DNA of 61,180 nucleotides from contig JACMNN010000029.1 of assembly GCA_014378555.1 (NCBI GenBank), positions 1 through 61,180 on the forward strand, in the 5' to 3' direction. The stretch comes from Burkholderiales bacterium (GTDB lineage: Bacteria; Pseudomonadota; Gammaproteobacteria; Burkholderiales; Casimicrobiaceae). The translations under genes were made by a program, and so were the position numbers. This document shows, piece after piece, positions 18,278-28,357 of the stretch. Every line of letters begins with the position of its first letter. The stretch's first letter is position 1. The notes beneath the pieces were generated by a model. It was not told the origin of the DNA and made no database searches. It saw nothing but the letters and a program-made list of their open reading frames with translations.

Positions 18278-19999
18278 CTACATCTTCTCTAAAACATAGC
18301 TTCCGGGTGCCGCACCAAGCTTAGATTTGCTCGGTGACTTTTTCACCACTTTTTTACCTGATCGCTCAGCGAGCCACGCATACCAGTGCGGCCACCAGCT
18401 ACCCGGCGTCTCCTTTGCTTTTGCGTCCCATTCGTCGGTCGACGCGGCGGGCCAACGGCCGGTCCAGTAACTGCGTTTTTTTGGCCCTGGCGGATTTACC
18501 ACGCCGGCAATATGCCCCGAGGCGCCGAGCACAAATTCAACCTCGCCGCCCCACAACTCTGCAGATGCGTACGCACTCTTCCAAGGCACGATGTGGTCCT
18601 CGCGCGAGCAATAAACGTAGGTCGCGATATTCACCGACGATAGATCGATGGGCTCGTCGAGCATCGTAAGGGCGTCGGGCTCCATGAGTTTGTTGTCGAG
18701 ATAAAAGTTGCGCATGTAATACAAATACATCGGGCCCGGCAGATTGGTTGAATCCCCGTTCCAGTACAGCAAATCAAACGCGGGTGGATCTTGGCCTTTT
18801 AGGTAGTTGTTGACAACGTAATTCCAAATCAAATCGTTGGCGCGCAAACTGGCAAACGACTGCGCTAACTCGGAGCCTTTCATTAAGCCGGTGTCGCCGT
18901 CTTTATTCAGCTGCTGCTCGCGTAGTTTGAACGTGCTCTCGCCGAGATACGCCTTGATGTCGCCCGGCTCACTGAAGTCCAGTAGTGTTGTGAGATAGGT
19001 TGCGCTTTCAACGAAATCGTCCAACTCACCACGTGCGGCAAGCACCGCCAACGCACACGACAAAATAGTGCCGCCGACGCAAAATCCAAGGGTGTTGATT
19101 GTGTCAACGCCGGCATGTTCACGCACCTCGTCGATTGCCGTGAGCACCCCCTGCTCGAGGTAATCCTCCCACGTCAGCGCGCGCAGCGCTTCAGGAATGT
19201 TCCGCCAGGAAACTAGGTACACATCGAAGCCCTGAGCTACGGCATGACCGACAAATGAGTTCTCAGGTTTCAGGTCAAGAATGTAGAACTTGTTGATGCA
19301 CGGTGGCACGATCAGCAAAGGCCGCGAATGCAGCGTTTTTTGAGTCGGCGTGTAATGCAGCAGTTCAATCAAATCGTTGCGAAACACCACCTGCCCGGGC
19401 GTCAAGGCGAGATTGCCGCCGACCTGGAACACCGTCTCGTCGGTCATGGCGATGTGCCCTGTCTCGATGTCGTGTTTGAGGTTTTCAATGCCGTGTCTAA
19501 GGCTTTCACCTTTGGTCTCAATGGCGCGCTCAATGGCCTCGGGGTTGGTCAAAAAGAAGTTGCTTGGCGCGACAGCGTCGAGCATTTGTTCAAGAAAAAA
19601 CTTTGCGCGATGACGCTCTTTCTCTTCAAGATCAGCATGCGCCACCAGTTCACGCCAGTAGGCCGCAGTGCGTAAATATTGATCGCGTGTGGCCTGAAAA
19701 TACGGCTGCGCTTGCCACGATGGCGCGCGAAACCGTCGATCAGATGCGGCCAGCGCTGAGACGTCAGTCTCGGGTGAAAACCAGCGCGTTGCAGCCGCCT
19801 GCATCGCACCCGGGTTGACCGCGGGCAGCCACCACCAACCGGCCTCGGGTGCGGCCATCGTTGGCATGCCCGGTCCGATCGGAAGTGTCGGCATACCCGG
19901 CATAGTAGGCATGCCCGGAAACGATGGCGCTGCGGCAGCACCCCATGCACTGCTCATTAGCGATTGCAGGCTGGGTGGAATTTGGCTCTCGGTACTCAT
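18278..19999 (-). CDS. phaC: Class I PHA synthase
   Basis: PPCINKFYILDL, lipase box GFCVGG, DHIVPW, SGHIAG, SWWPHW. Start at MSTESQ with an AGGA RBS. Confidence 0.95.
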   Translation of the reverse strand: MSTESQIPPSLQSLMSSAWGAAAAPSFPGMPTMPGMPTLPIGPGMPTMAAPEAGWWWLPAVNPGAMQAAATRWFSPETDVSALAASDRRFRAPSWQAQPYFQATRDQYLRTAAYWRELVAHADLEEKERHRAKFFLEQMLDAVAPSNFFLTNPEAIERAIETKGESLRHGIENLKHDIETGHIAMTDETVFQVGGNLALTPGQVVFRNDLIELLHYTPTQKTLHSRPLLIVPPCINKFYILDLKPENSFVGHAVAQGFDVYLVSWRNIPEALRALTWEDYLEQGVLTAIDEVREHAGVDTINTLGFCVGGTILSCALAVLAARGELDDFVESATYLTTLLDFSEPGDIKAYLGESTFKLREQQLNKDGDTGLMKGSELAQSFASLRANDLIWNYVVNNYLKGQDPPAFDLLYWNGDSTNLPGPMYLYYMRNFYLDNKLMEPDALTMLDEPIDLSSVNIATYVYCSREDHIVPWKSAYASAELWGGEVEFVLGASGHIAGVVNPPGPKKRSYWTGRWPAASTDEWDAKAKETPGSWWPHWYAWLAERSGKKVVKKSPSKSKLGAAPGSYVLEKM

Positions 20000-20160
20000 G
20001 ATCTTCGTCCTAATAATTCTTTGTAGACGCTTGGCGCTGCTGTCCCCAATGTAGCCCATTGCGCGCGCCCACAACAATGGATATTCCCTAGAGACGCTGG
20101 TCAGACCTCGATCAAGCGCGCGAAGTAACATCGAGCGTTGCACAAATTGCGGACGTTGTA

Positions 20161-20349
20161 ATGATTATTGTTGCGATTGGCTGGCTGTACGTCGTGATGA
20201 TGATGGCCGCGGTGTCTGACTCGCTGCTGAAAGGCATCATCCGCCTAATATTTTTAGGCATTCTGCCTGTCGGGTTGCTGCTCTGGATCAAGCTCAGAGG
20301 ATATCGTGCCAGGGCGGCAGCGGCAGAAGAAGAAAAAACGGAGTTGTAA
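20161..20349 (+). CDS. Small two-TM membrane protein
   Basis: MIIVAIGWLYVVMMMA..FLGILP pattern. Confidence 0.7.
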   Translation: MIIVAIGWLYVVMMMAAVSDSLLKGIIRLIFLGILPVGLLLWIKLRGYRARAAAAEEEKTEL

Positions 20350-20399
20350 CAGCGCTAAGCCTGCCAATGCAATTAGTGCTGCGCCTAACAAATTCGCTG

Positions 20400-21203
20400 T
20401 TAATGCCCGTGCCCAGAAGGCAGCAGCAAGTTCATGGCCACTACCGTGGTCACGCCGAGCCCAATCATGAGCATTTGCTGCAACGTGTCGTTGATCGAAA
20501 ACTTGCGATGCAGGGTAGGAATCAAATCTGCCACGGCGACATACAGCATCGACGCCGCGGCGAAGGCGAGCACCGGCGAGACGTAAGTCTGTGCACTAGC
20601 GAGCGAGAAGTATGCAATGACGCCGCCTACAACCATCGCCAAACTCGAAATCATGTTGTATAAAAATGCTTTTTTTCGTGAATATCCAGAGTGCAGCAAC
20701 ACAAAAAAATCGCTCACTTCCTGCGGCACTTCATGCGCGATGATCGCCAAAGATGTCACTACGCCGAGGTTGAAGTCAGCGAGAAACGCCGCCGCAATCA
20801 CCACACCGTCGGTGGCGTTGTGCAACGAGTCGCCCACCAGCACCATCAGCCCAGAACGCCCCCCGTCATTGCCGTGATGATGCCCATGATGATGAACATG
20901 ATGTGACTTACCCTCTTCAGCGGGTTGTAAATCGCCGTGCGAATGCCGCCAGATCACCAGCTTTTCAAGAAAAAAGAAGAACAGCACACCGCCTAGCACC
21001 CAGCCCATCAACGCGGCAGGATCGACTCCATCGGCCAACGCGTGAGGAAGAATATCCAAGAACACGACCGCCAGCATCGCGCCAACAGCGAATGCGACCC
21101 AACGTTCAACCGACGTGAGCTTTGCGTAGAGAGCAAATGCGGCAACCGCACAAGAGGCAATCCCACCGAGCAAGGTGGCAATGATGATGGCAAAAAGAGT
21201 CAA
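20400..21203 (-). CDS. ZIP-family zinc/metal transporter
   Basis: His-rich loop HHVHHHGHHH, GDSLHNATDG, AHEVPQE, DLIP. Probable TTG start at 21203. Confidence 0.9.
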   Translation of the reverse strand: MTLFAIIIATLLGGIASCAVAAFALYAKLTSVERWVAFAVGAMLAVVFLDILPHALADGVDPAALMGWVLGGVLFFFFLEKLVIWRHSHGDLQPAEEGKSHHVHHHGHHHGNDGGRSGLMVLVGDSLHNATDGVVIAAAFLADFNLGVVTSLAIIAHEVPQEVSDFFVLLHSGYSRKKAFLYNMISSLAMVVGGVIAYFSLASAQTYVSPVLAFAAASMLYVAVADLIPTLHRKFSINDTLQQMLMIGLGVTTVVAMNLLLPSGHGH

Positions 21204-21236
21204 TTCGGCAGGTTTAAGATGTGAGTGGATCGTATT

Positions 21237-21253
21237 TTGCAACAGAATTGCGT
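21237..21253. promoter_or_regulatory. Putative Zur-type box upstream of the ZIP gene
   Basis: TTGCAAC-AGA-ATTGCGT, an imperfect 7-3-7 palindrome. Confidence 0.5.
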
Positions 21254-21371
21254 TTTGGCACGACCGTAGCGTGTCGAGGTCGCCTCTGCGGGCGGCCGAA
21301 CGTTACGAGAAATTTGTGCATAATGGGACGAGTAAGCATCTTCCGGCCAACCCTAAACCGTTGAATAATTC

Positions 21372-22517
21372 TTGGAACCGCTAGCAAAACAGGACCTGTG
21401 GTCGAAGGCCGAACCTTACGGCCACGCGATGGCGATGGTGTGTGATCAGCCCATCCTTGTCTGCACCTCGTCGTACGTGACATACGTTAACGATTCTGCG
21501 ATTGATCTTGTCGGTGCCGACGATCTGAACAACGTAGTTGGAAAGTCGGTAAATGATGTGATCACAATGGCGTCCGGTGGCCTAGACCCGGAGCCTCACA
21601 ACGGTCTCGTAAATTACCGGGCCGCCGTATTGCACCGATGCGACGGCGAGGAAATTCCGGTCAGCGCTGCGTTGATCCCCTGTTTGCAAGGCCCCGACCG
21701 ACTGTTGCAAATCTTGATTCGGGACACTGACGAACAACGCAAACTCGAGTCGCACGTGCGCTTCGTCATGCGCCATGACACGCTCACCGAATTGTCGAAT
21801 CGCGCTGAATTTCGCGACCGCCTGCGCGGTGCTGCAGCGCGCGCGCAACGAAATTCTCGGCAGATTGCCGTGATGTTGATCAACATCGACAATTTCAAAA
21901 ACATCAACATAGAACACGGCGTCGATGCGGGTGACGCGGTGTTGCAGGAAGTGGCTGTCCGGCTGCTGGCTTCGGTCCGCGCGGCCGACTCGGTCGCTCG
22001 CATCGCAGGCGATGAATTTGGGCTGCTTCTGGAAGCCATTGATCAACGTGAACAGGCAGCGGTTGTCGCCCAGCGCGTGAACGCCGCCCTTGCGGTGCCT
22101 ATCGAATTTGCCGGGCTTCAGCTGCGCATTACCGTGAGCATCGGCATCGCCGCGTATCCTGTGGATGCGCTCGATACGGATCAACTGCTGCGCATGGCCG
22201 ACGTGGCAATGTATGCCGCCAAAACGACAAATCCGGGAATGTTCCGATTCTATTTTCCGGATATGGAGGCGGCAACGCAACGCGATGAACTGAGGCGCGA
22301 TCAGATAAAGCGCCGAATCGATAGCTTGACTGAGCGAGAGCGCGAGGTGATGGGTGTTTTGATGGAGGGCAATTCAAATAAAGCGATGGCTCATTTGCTG
22401 GGTGCCAGTCCACGGACCATCGAGAATCATCGCGCCAAGGTGATGGAAAAAATGCGCGCAGATTCATTGCCCGACTTAGTACGCATGGTGCTCGAATTAG
22501 GGGCTTTGGCGAAATAA
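21372..22517 (+). CDS. PAS-GGDEF-LuxR/FixJ HTH fusion protein
   Basis: PAS-like YVNDSA; HDTLTELSNR, DNFKNIN, RAAD-x5-AGDEF; C-terminal LTEREREV..SNKAMA..SPRTIENHRAKVMEKM. Confidence 0.88.
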   Translation: MEPLAKQDLWSKAEPYGHAMAMVCDQPILVCTSSYVTYVNDSAIDLVGADDLNNVVGKSVNDVITMASGGLDPEPHNGLVNYRAAVLHRCDGEEIPVSAALIPCLQGPDRLLQILIRDTDEQRKLESHVRFVMRHDTLTELSNRAEFRDRLRGAAARAQRNSRQIAVMLINIDNFKNINIEHGVDAGDAVLQEVAVRLLASVRAADSVARIAGDEFGLLLEAIDQREQAAVVAQRVNAALAVPIEFAGLQLRITVSIGIAAYPVDALDTDQLLRMADVAMYAAKTTNPGMFRFYFPDMEAATQRDELRRDQIKRRIDSLTEREREVMGVLMEGNSNKAMAHLLGASPRTIENHRAKVMEKMRADSLPDLVRMVLELGALAK

Positions 22518-23064
22518 GCTGTTGCCAGCTTGCAACTAGCCGCGGTGAGCCGACCGAGTGCAGCTTGCACACCTTGTCCCAAGGCGGTCACCACTTCAGA
22601 TGCACCAGATCGTGATGCGAATGCTGTTCGCGGCAAACCAATTCGGCCATGTATCACGCGCTGGCGCCATTACCCAACCCACGCAAAGCAACAATTGCTG
22701 AGTAGAAATACGCATTTCAACTCGTCACTTAACTGCTAAAAAACGGGCTGAAAAACGAAACCTGCAGTTAATTTAAACGACGCCCCTGCCCCCTGCCCTT
22801 TCGCGCCGATTGCGACGGGATCTGCGCGCCGCTCGCACTTCACGCAATCGCCACTCGCAAGTGAAGCGTGGGCTGTGTTGTCTCGGTGTGCGTGGCGACA
22901 AATCAAAAAACGATCTGGCTTGAATCAAAATGCACAACCCAGACAACAGTGATTGCACCCGCCAAGGCGCTGCCGTTGCGCGTCTTTGTAGCACCTTCGA
23001 TAGGGTTTTGTGTTGCTCAGGCCGGCAACAGCGCGCGCCAATATTCCGATAAGAAAGCATACCC

Positions 23065-25245
23065 ATGACTGACCACTCGCTCGATAGCGGGGCCTTCCAT
23101 CCCTCGCTTCGCTGGAGTATGAGCGGCTTCGCCAGCCTGCTTTTTCTGTTTGCGTTTGTTGTAATCGCTGCGGGCTGCGCGATTTATCAACTGCAACTTC
23201 GGCACACCCAGACGGAGGCGGAACGAGCCCTCGAGACGGCGATCTCCGGAATGACTGACGGCATAAGCAGCGCAGACCCTGATGCGCTTAAAAAGCTGTC
23301 CGAACGCATCTTTGCGTATCCCCAAGCAAAACGGCTAGTGGTCTTTGCCGCAGATCAGAGCTTACGTCTGGATGCCAGAGCAAAGCTCGACAGCGCCGGT
23401 GCAGCGCCTTTTGTTGATTGGATACCCGACAGAATTTCGTCTTTCAGTGTTTCGCGGGCACTGGTCAGTTCGGTGCCTGGCAGCGGTACCGCGACGGCAC
23501 ATTACGTGGCGCCGCTGCTAGCAACAACTTTTCTCTGGATCGTCTTGACCGGCACAGCGCTGGTAATCGCGTCTCTGATCGTGGCATTCCGCGAACATCG
23601 AAAGTTTAGTAATGCGGTGACGATTCCGGCTAACGCCATTGAACGTGTCAGCAACGAAATCACACGAACCGGTAATTTGTCGCATCGTATGCCGCGATTG
23701 GGCAGCACCGATGTGGGCGGCATTGAAGCAACCGTGAACAAGCTGCTCAACCAACTTGATAACCAAGAAAAAAAGAAAGCGCTGTATCGCGCTCATCTTG
23801 AGCGCGAAGTGCTTAAGCGAACCACGGCGTTGGCCGCTTCAAACGAACGACTGCACAAACTTGCCTATATGAGCAGCGAGGCAGAAATGCCCAACCGCGC
23901 CGCGTTTTTAAATCGTGCACATCAACTGTGCTCCGCACCTTGTAGCGACGGCACAGCGATCGGCTTGTTCGTGGTGCGTATCAGCTTGGTGCGTTATGCC
24001 AATGAAGCTTTCGGCTTTGATGTCGGCGACATGATTATTGAATCGGTCGCGCGGACGATGGCCTCGTTGCGCAGCAACACGACAGAAGTGTTTCACTTGG
24101 GTGGCAGCGAGTTCGCGCTCCTCACCGTTGATTCGCCTGAAGCAATGCAGGAGGTGGCCACCGAAATCCTTCGGATCGATGACACGGCATTCGTGCACAA
24201 AGGCGCGACATTAAATTTACGGCCAAAAGTCGGCTACGCGACCTACCCAGTCGACGCCAGCAACGTCGATGATTTGACGCGATTTGCAATGCTTGCGCTC
24301 AACGCAGTCACAGGTAGCGAATCCACACAGTCAGCGCTTCGCTACGTTCCGACGTTGCTTGCAGAAACAATTTCGAACACACGGCTTGAAACAGCGATTA
24401 AACACGCGGTCGATTCCGGTGAATTTGAAGCGCATTTCCAGTCCCGCGTGAATACCCAGACCGGTCAGGTGCATGGGCTGGAGGCGCTGGTGCGGTGGAC
24501 CAGTCCAGAGCTGCAAGGCTACTCAAACTATCAATTAATCCCTATCGCCGAGCGGTCTCTGTTGATCACAGAACTCGATTCGCAAATGTTGCGCAAAGTG
24601 ACCGAATGGCTCGGCATGTTGGCGCTTGAAGGTGTTCGGATTTCGGTTGCCGTTAATTTGTCCGCACGCAGCTTGCGGCGCGCATCGCTGCCCGACGAAA
24701 TTGCTGCTTTGGTTTCGATGCATCGTTTGCGCATGGAGCAGATCGAACTGGAACTCACAGAAACCGTACTCATCGAGCATAGTGAGGTCGTAAATCGCAA
24801 CCTTGCGCTGTTTCATGAAATGGGGGTGAGTCTGCTGCTTGACGACTTTGGTTCAGGCTACTCGTCACTGCGATATCTCTACGAACTGCCTATTTCAACG
24901 GTCAAAATAGATGCGCTGTTTGTGCGTGGTCTGCCTGGGGATCCCGCGTCGCTGGCCATTGTCGAGAGCACAATAAACTTGGCGCACAGGCTCGGTAAGC
25001 GGGTGGTAGCCGAAGGGGTTGAAACCTACGCGCAGTGGGAGTTGCTGCGCTCGATGGGATGTGACGAAGTACAGGGATACTTTCTGATGCGTCCACAGCC
25101 TGCGGGCGTCGTCGCCGATATGTTGCGGCAACAGTTTGACACATCCGTTGGACGCCTCACCATCGACGTTGCAAGCCTTTCGCAGACCGAAGATTTCACG
25201 TGGTCGGAGCCTAAAGTCAGCACGCCCTTGACCGCGGCGAAATGA
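23065..25245 (+). CDS. Membrane HAMP-(degenerate GGDEF)-EAL c-di-GMP phosphodiesterase
   Basis: 2 TMs; GGSEF; intact EALVRW, AVNLS, ELTE, DDFGSGYSSL, VKID, AEGVE, QGY. Confidence 0.88.
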   Translation: MTDHSLDSGAFHPSLRWSMSGFASLLFLFAFVVIAAGCAIYQLQLRHTQTEAERALETAISGMTDGISSADPDALKKLSERIFAYPQAKRLVVFAADQSLRLDARAKLDSAGAAPFVDWIPDRISSFSVSRALVSSVPGSGTATAHYVAPLLATTFLWIVLTGTALVIASLIVAFREHRKFSNAVTIPANAIERVSNEITRTGNLSHRMPRLGSTDVGGIEATVNKLLNQLDNQEKKKALYRAHLEREVLKRTTALAASNERLHKLAYMSSEAEMPNRAAFLNRAHQLCSAPCSDGTAIGLFVVRISLVRYANEAFGFDVGDMIIESVARTMASLRSNTTEVFHLGGSEFALLTVDSPEAMQEVATEILRIDDTAFVHKGATLNLRPKVGYATYPVDASNVDDLTRFAMLALNAVTGSESTQSALRYVPTLLAETISNTRLETAIKHAVDSGEFEAHFQSRVNTQTGQVHGLEALVRWTSPELQGYSNYQLIPIAERSLLITELDSQMLRKVTEWLGMLALEGVRISVAVNLSARSLRRASLPDEIAALVSMHRLRMEQIELELTETVLIEHSEVVNRNLALFHEMGVSLLLDDFGSGYSSLRYLYELPISTVKIDALFVRGLPGDPASLAIVESTINLAHRLGKRVVAEGVETYAQWELLRSMGCDEVQGYFLMRPQPAGVVADMLRQQFDTSVGRLTIDVASLSQTEDFTWSEPKVSTPLTAAK

Positions 25246-25317
25246 AAATTTGACCACGGTATAGGAGCGTTTCGCTGCAGATCTTGGCGATGCGCCTGTC
25301 GTGAACGCCCTCAGGAG

Positions 25318-26079
25318 TCAGGGCAACGCGTCGAGTCCCTTGGCTTTCATCATCTCGCGTGCAGCGGGTGAAGAAAAGGTCGTCAGCAACGCAGATACCG
25401 CAGAGGTGTCGCTTAAATTTGCACGGATTCCGCCCGAATACACCGTGTAATTTTGAATCTCAGCGGGAAGCGGGCCGACCAGTGTGGCGCCTGGAACCGC
25501 GATAATTTCGCTGATTTGGTGGATCGCCACGTCGGCCTGATCGTCCATCAGGCGCTGCGCAACGAGGCCGCCGGGCACCAGCACTGCCTTGGGCTTTACG
25601 CGGTCAGCGATACCCATTTTGTCGAACAGATTAGAAATATAGATTCCGCTTGAGCCGCCGGCGGCTGGATCAATGTAGGCGACGGCGCGAGCGGCAAGCA
25701 TGGTGCGTTGAAACGCAGCAACCGTGCTGATGTCAGGCAGCGCTGCGCCGCGTTTGACGGCGACCCCAACGCCCACCCGTGCCAACGCGGCGGTGCTGCC
25801 CATGGCCACTTTTCCCGACTTAGTCAACTCATCCAGCGCACCCGCGGTGATAAATACCAAGTCGAACGTCTCGCCGCCATTGATCCGTTTGAGCAATCCG
25901 CCTGCGGTGTCGCCTTCAACGGTCACCTTGTGCCCGCTCTGCTTTTCAAAATCTGCGACGACTGCCGTCACGACCGGTTTGAACGCGCCGGCGGTAAGTA
26001 CTTTTATTTCGGCAGCCGATACTGACCATGACGTCGCGACCGCAGCGGCTAAGCATGCCAGCAAAAAATAAACTCGCAT
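25318..26079 (-). CDS. ModA-like periplasmic substrate-binding protein (stand-alone)
   Basis: Signal peptide; DPAAGGSSG, QISE, LVGPLPAEIQNYTVY. Confidence 0.8.
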   Translation of the reverse strand: MRVYFLLACLAAAVATSWSVSAAEIKVLTAGAFKPVVTAVVADFEKQSGHKVTVEGDTAGGLLKRINGGETFDLVFITAGALDELTKSGKVAMGSTAALARVGVGVAVKRGAALPDISTVAAFQRTMLAARAVAYIDPAAGGSSGIYISNLFDKMGIADRVKPKAVLVPGGLVAQRLMDDQADVAIHQISEIIAVPGATLVGPLPAEIQNYTVYSGGIRANLSDTSAVSALLTTFSSPAAREMMKAKGLDALP

Positions 26080-26141
26080 GAGGGAACACTCCGAAGACGT
26101 TATTAGAGCGATCGATGTTAGCTGCTCGACACTTAAATCCG

Positions 26142-27191
26142 TTAAGCCGCGTGACGCTGCGCGGCGTGCCCACCGTCGGTACGGGTAAAGCGGAACAAGT
26201 CTTTCGGATCGTGCCCGCCGGGGATTAATTCGACGTCGCGCCCGATGCCGCGTCGCAGCGCTTGTTGATGCACATAACGCAGCGTTGAATAGTCTTCCAG
26301 CGCAAAGCCCACCGAGTCAAACACTGTGACTTGCGCGGCAGTTTGGCGACCGCGCACCGTGCCCGCCAGCACGCGCCACAACTCGATCACAGGAAAGCTC
26401 GACGGCAATTGCTGAATGTCCCCTTCGATCCGCGTTTGCGGCTCGTACTCAACGAATACGCGCGCGCCACGCAACACCTCGGCATGCAGTTCGGTTTTGC
26501 CGGGGCAGTCGCCGCCGACCGCGTTGATGTGCATGCCCGGCTCGATCATGTCCGGCGTGACAATGGTCGCCAGCGTTTTGTCAGCGGTGACGGTGGTGAC
26601 GATATCGGCGCCGCGAACCGCGTCCGCCGTCGACTGAGCGCGACGGACTTTAAGTGCCGGATACGCGGTCAGGTTGCGCAGCAGTTTGTCAGTGGCAGAG
26701 AAATCAACATCGAAGACGCTGATTTCTTTGATGCCGAGCAAGGTGTGAAAGGCCAGCGCTTGAAATTCGCTTTGTGCGCCGTTTCCGATCAACGCCATTG
26801 TTCGCGAGTTCGGGCGGGCGAGCACCCGTGCTGCCATGAGCGACGTGGCACAAGTGCGAAAGGCGGTCGCCAGCGTGAGCTCGGAGAGCAGCACTGGGTA
26901 GCCGGTGGCAACCTCCGCCAGAGCACCGAACGCCATCACCGTGGGCAACCCTTTGACGCTGTTGCCAGGATGGCCGTTGACGTATTTAAAGGCGTAGCGC
27001 TGCGCGTTGGCGACCGGCATCAGTTCGATAACGCCGGTCGGCGAATGGTTGGCCACGCGCGCACATTTTTCAAAGTCCGGCCAACGCAAAAAGTCCTCGG
27101 TGATGGTGTCGGCCAACTGCGCGATAAATGGCGTCACGCCAATCGCCTGAATCAGTGTTGACATCGCCTGAACATCAATAAATCTAGTCAT
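26142..27191 (-). CDS. Ornithine cyclodeaminase
   Basis: GVIELMP, FKYVNGHP, IGNGAQSEFQ, AVGGDCPGKTE, FDSVGFALED. Start MTRFID. Confidence 0.93.
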   Translation of the reverse strand: MTRFIDVQAMSTLIQAIGVTPFIAQLADTITEDFLRWPDFEKCARVANHSPTGVIELMPVANAQRYAFKYVNGHPGNSVKGLPTVMAFGALAEVATGYPVLLSELTLATAFRTCATSLMAARVLARPNSRTMALIGNGAQSEFQALAFHTLLGIKEISVFDVDFSATDKLLRNLTAYPALKVRRAQSTADAVRGADIVTTVTADKTLATIVTPDMIEPGMHINAVGGDCPGKTELHAEVLRGARVFVEYEPQTRIEGDIQQLPSSFPVIELWRVLAGTVRGRQTAAQVTVFDSVGFALEDYSTLRYVHQQALRRGIGRDVELIPGGHDPKDLFRFTRTDGGHAAQRHAA

Positions 27192-27348
27192 GGGAGCTCT
27201 CATCGGTTTTGCTGCCAGCGCCTTCCGCTGCCAGCGGTTGTATTGTCGCAACTCGTGCAGCTAAACAAAAGAGCACAAACTAGTAAACATTGTTCGCAAA
27301 TATTACAATTTGTGTTGTTTGATTTATCAAATTGCATCGCACGACAAC

Positions 27349-27771
27349 ATGGATGACACTGACCGCGAACTAATCAGCCTGCTTCGCGACGACGCGCGCA
27401 CCGCGGTCGTCACGCTTGCGAAACAGTTGGGCGTGGCCCGAGCGACTGTGCAAAACCGCTTGGCGCGTCTCGAAAAAGACGGCACCATTCTCGGTTACAC
27501 GCTGCGCCTGCGGCCGAACGCGGAAAGCCCGCGCATTCGCGCGCTGATGACCGTAGCCGTTGAAGGCAACCGGGCGACTGAGGTGCTCCACGCGCTGCGA
27601 GGGCACCCCAATGTGTATTCGCTGCACACCACCAACGGTCGCTGGGACATCGTCGCGGAACTGCGAGCCGACACGCTGGAAACGTTCGACCAAGTGCTCA
27701 ATGCAATACGCCGAATTAGCGGCATCGCCACCACCGAGACCAGCATTCTGCTGTCGACGCATAAGCTGTGA
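27349..27771 (+). CDS. Lrp/AsnC transcriptional regulator, divergent from the cyclodeaminase
   Basis: MDDTDRELISLLRDDAR HTH; HTTNGRWD. Confidence 0.92.
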   Translation: MDDTDRELISLLRDDARTAVVTLAKQLGVARATVQNRLARLEKDGTILGYTLRLRPNAESPRIRALMTVAVEGNRATEVLHALRGHPNVYSLHTTNGRWDIVAELRADTLETFDQVLNAIRRISGIATTETSILLSTHKL

Positions 27772-27873
27772 AGACAGTCGAGGAATCGGCACCGCTCAGT
27801 AAGCAGGGCCCGATTTATGCGCCTTAGTTTCAAAGCCAAGGCCAAGGTCATTGCTAACCAAAGCTAATACGTA

Positions 27874-28281
27874 TCAACGTTTCCGTGCCGTAGTTCGCGC
27901 TGCCCGCTTCACCGACTCGGTCGCCGCACTCGCGGTCTCTCTCATCGTCTGGCTCGCAGATTCGCTCATCTTGTTGAACGAAGCGTACGCGTCGCGCTGC
28001 ATTTCCATTGTTTTTATTGACAACTCAAGACCTGAAAGCGACAGCTTCATCCAAGCTTCAACAGCGCGCATATCTTGCACGCGGCGATCAATTTCGGCGG
28101 GGTCCAGCGCCTTCATAAACTGCTGTGGATCGAAACCACCTGCCGCTGCGCCGGGCATTCCCGGCATGCCGGGCACCGCCCCCATCATTCCAGCGAACGG
28201 ATTCATAGCCGCCGGACTGCTTATCATTTTTTGCATTGATTCGGCCCACGCGGCCCACGGCTCATTGGCGGAATTAGTCAT
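27874..28281 (-). CDS. PhaM-family PHA granule-associated protein
   Basis: LDPAEIDRRVQDMRAVEAW..SIKTMEMQR core, basic tail, GAGGAG RBS. Confidence 0.7.
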   Translation of the reverse strand: MTNSANEPWAAWAESMQKMISSPAAMNPFAGMMGAVPGMPGMPGAAAGGFDPQQFMKALDPAEIDRRVQDMRAVEAWMKLSLSGLELSIKTMEMQRDAYASFNKMSESASQTMRETASAATESVKRAARTTARKR

Positions 28282-28357
28282 GCGTTTCTCCTCAGGATTT
28301 GTTAGTTTGAACAACTGCTAGCATCGATTCAAGTCTACTCGTGAAGCGTGCCCGAAC

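Noticed and set aside
20000-20143. Longer PhaC start
   Set aside because: The RBS and sequence composition favour the ATG at 19999.
22632-22690. c-di-GMP-I riboswitch (GGCAAACC...ACGCAAAGC) upstream of the EAL gene
   Set aside because: No GNRA-capped P2 stem, the GG before ACGCAAA is replaced by CC, and there is no closing P1 partner. An Infernal search with the c-di-GMP-I model would be decisive.
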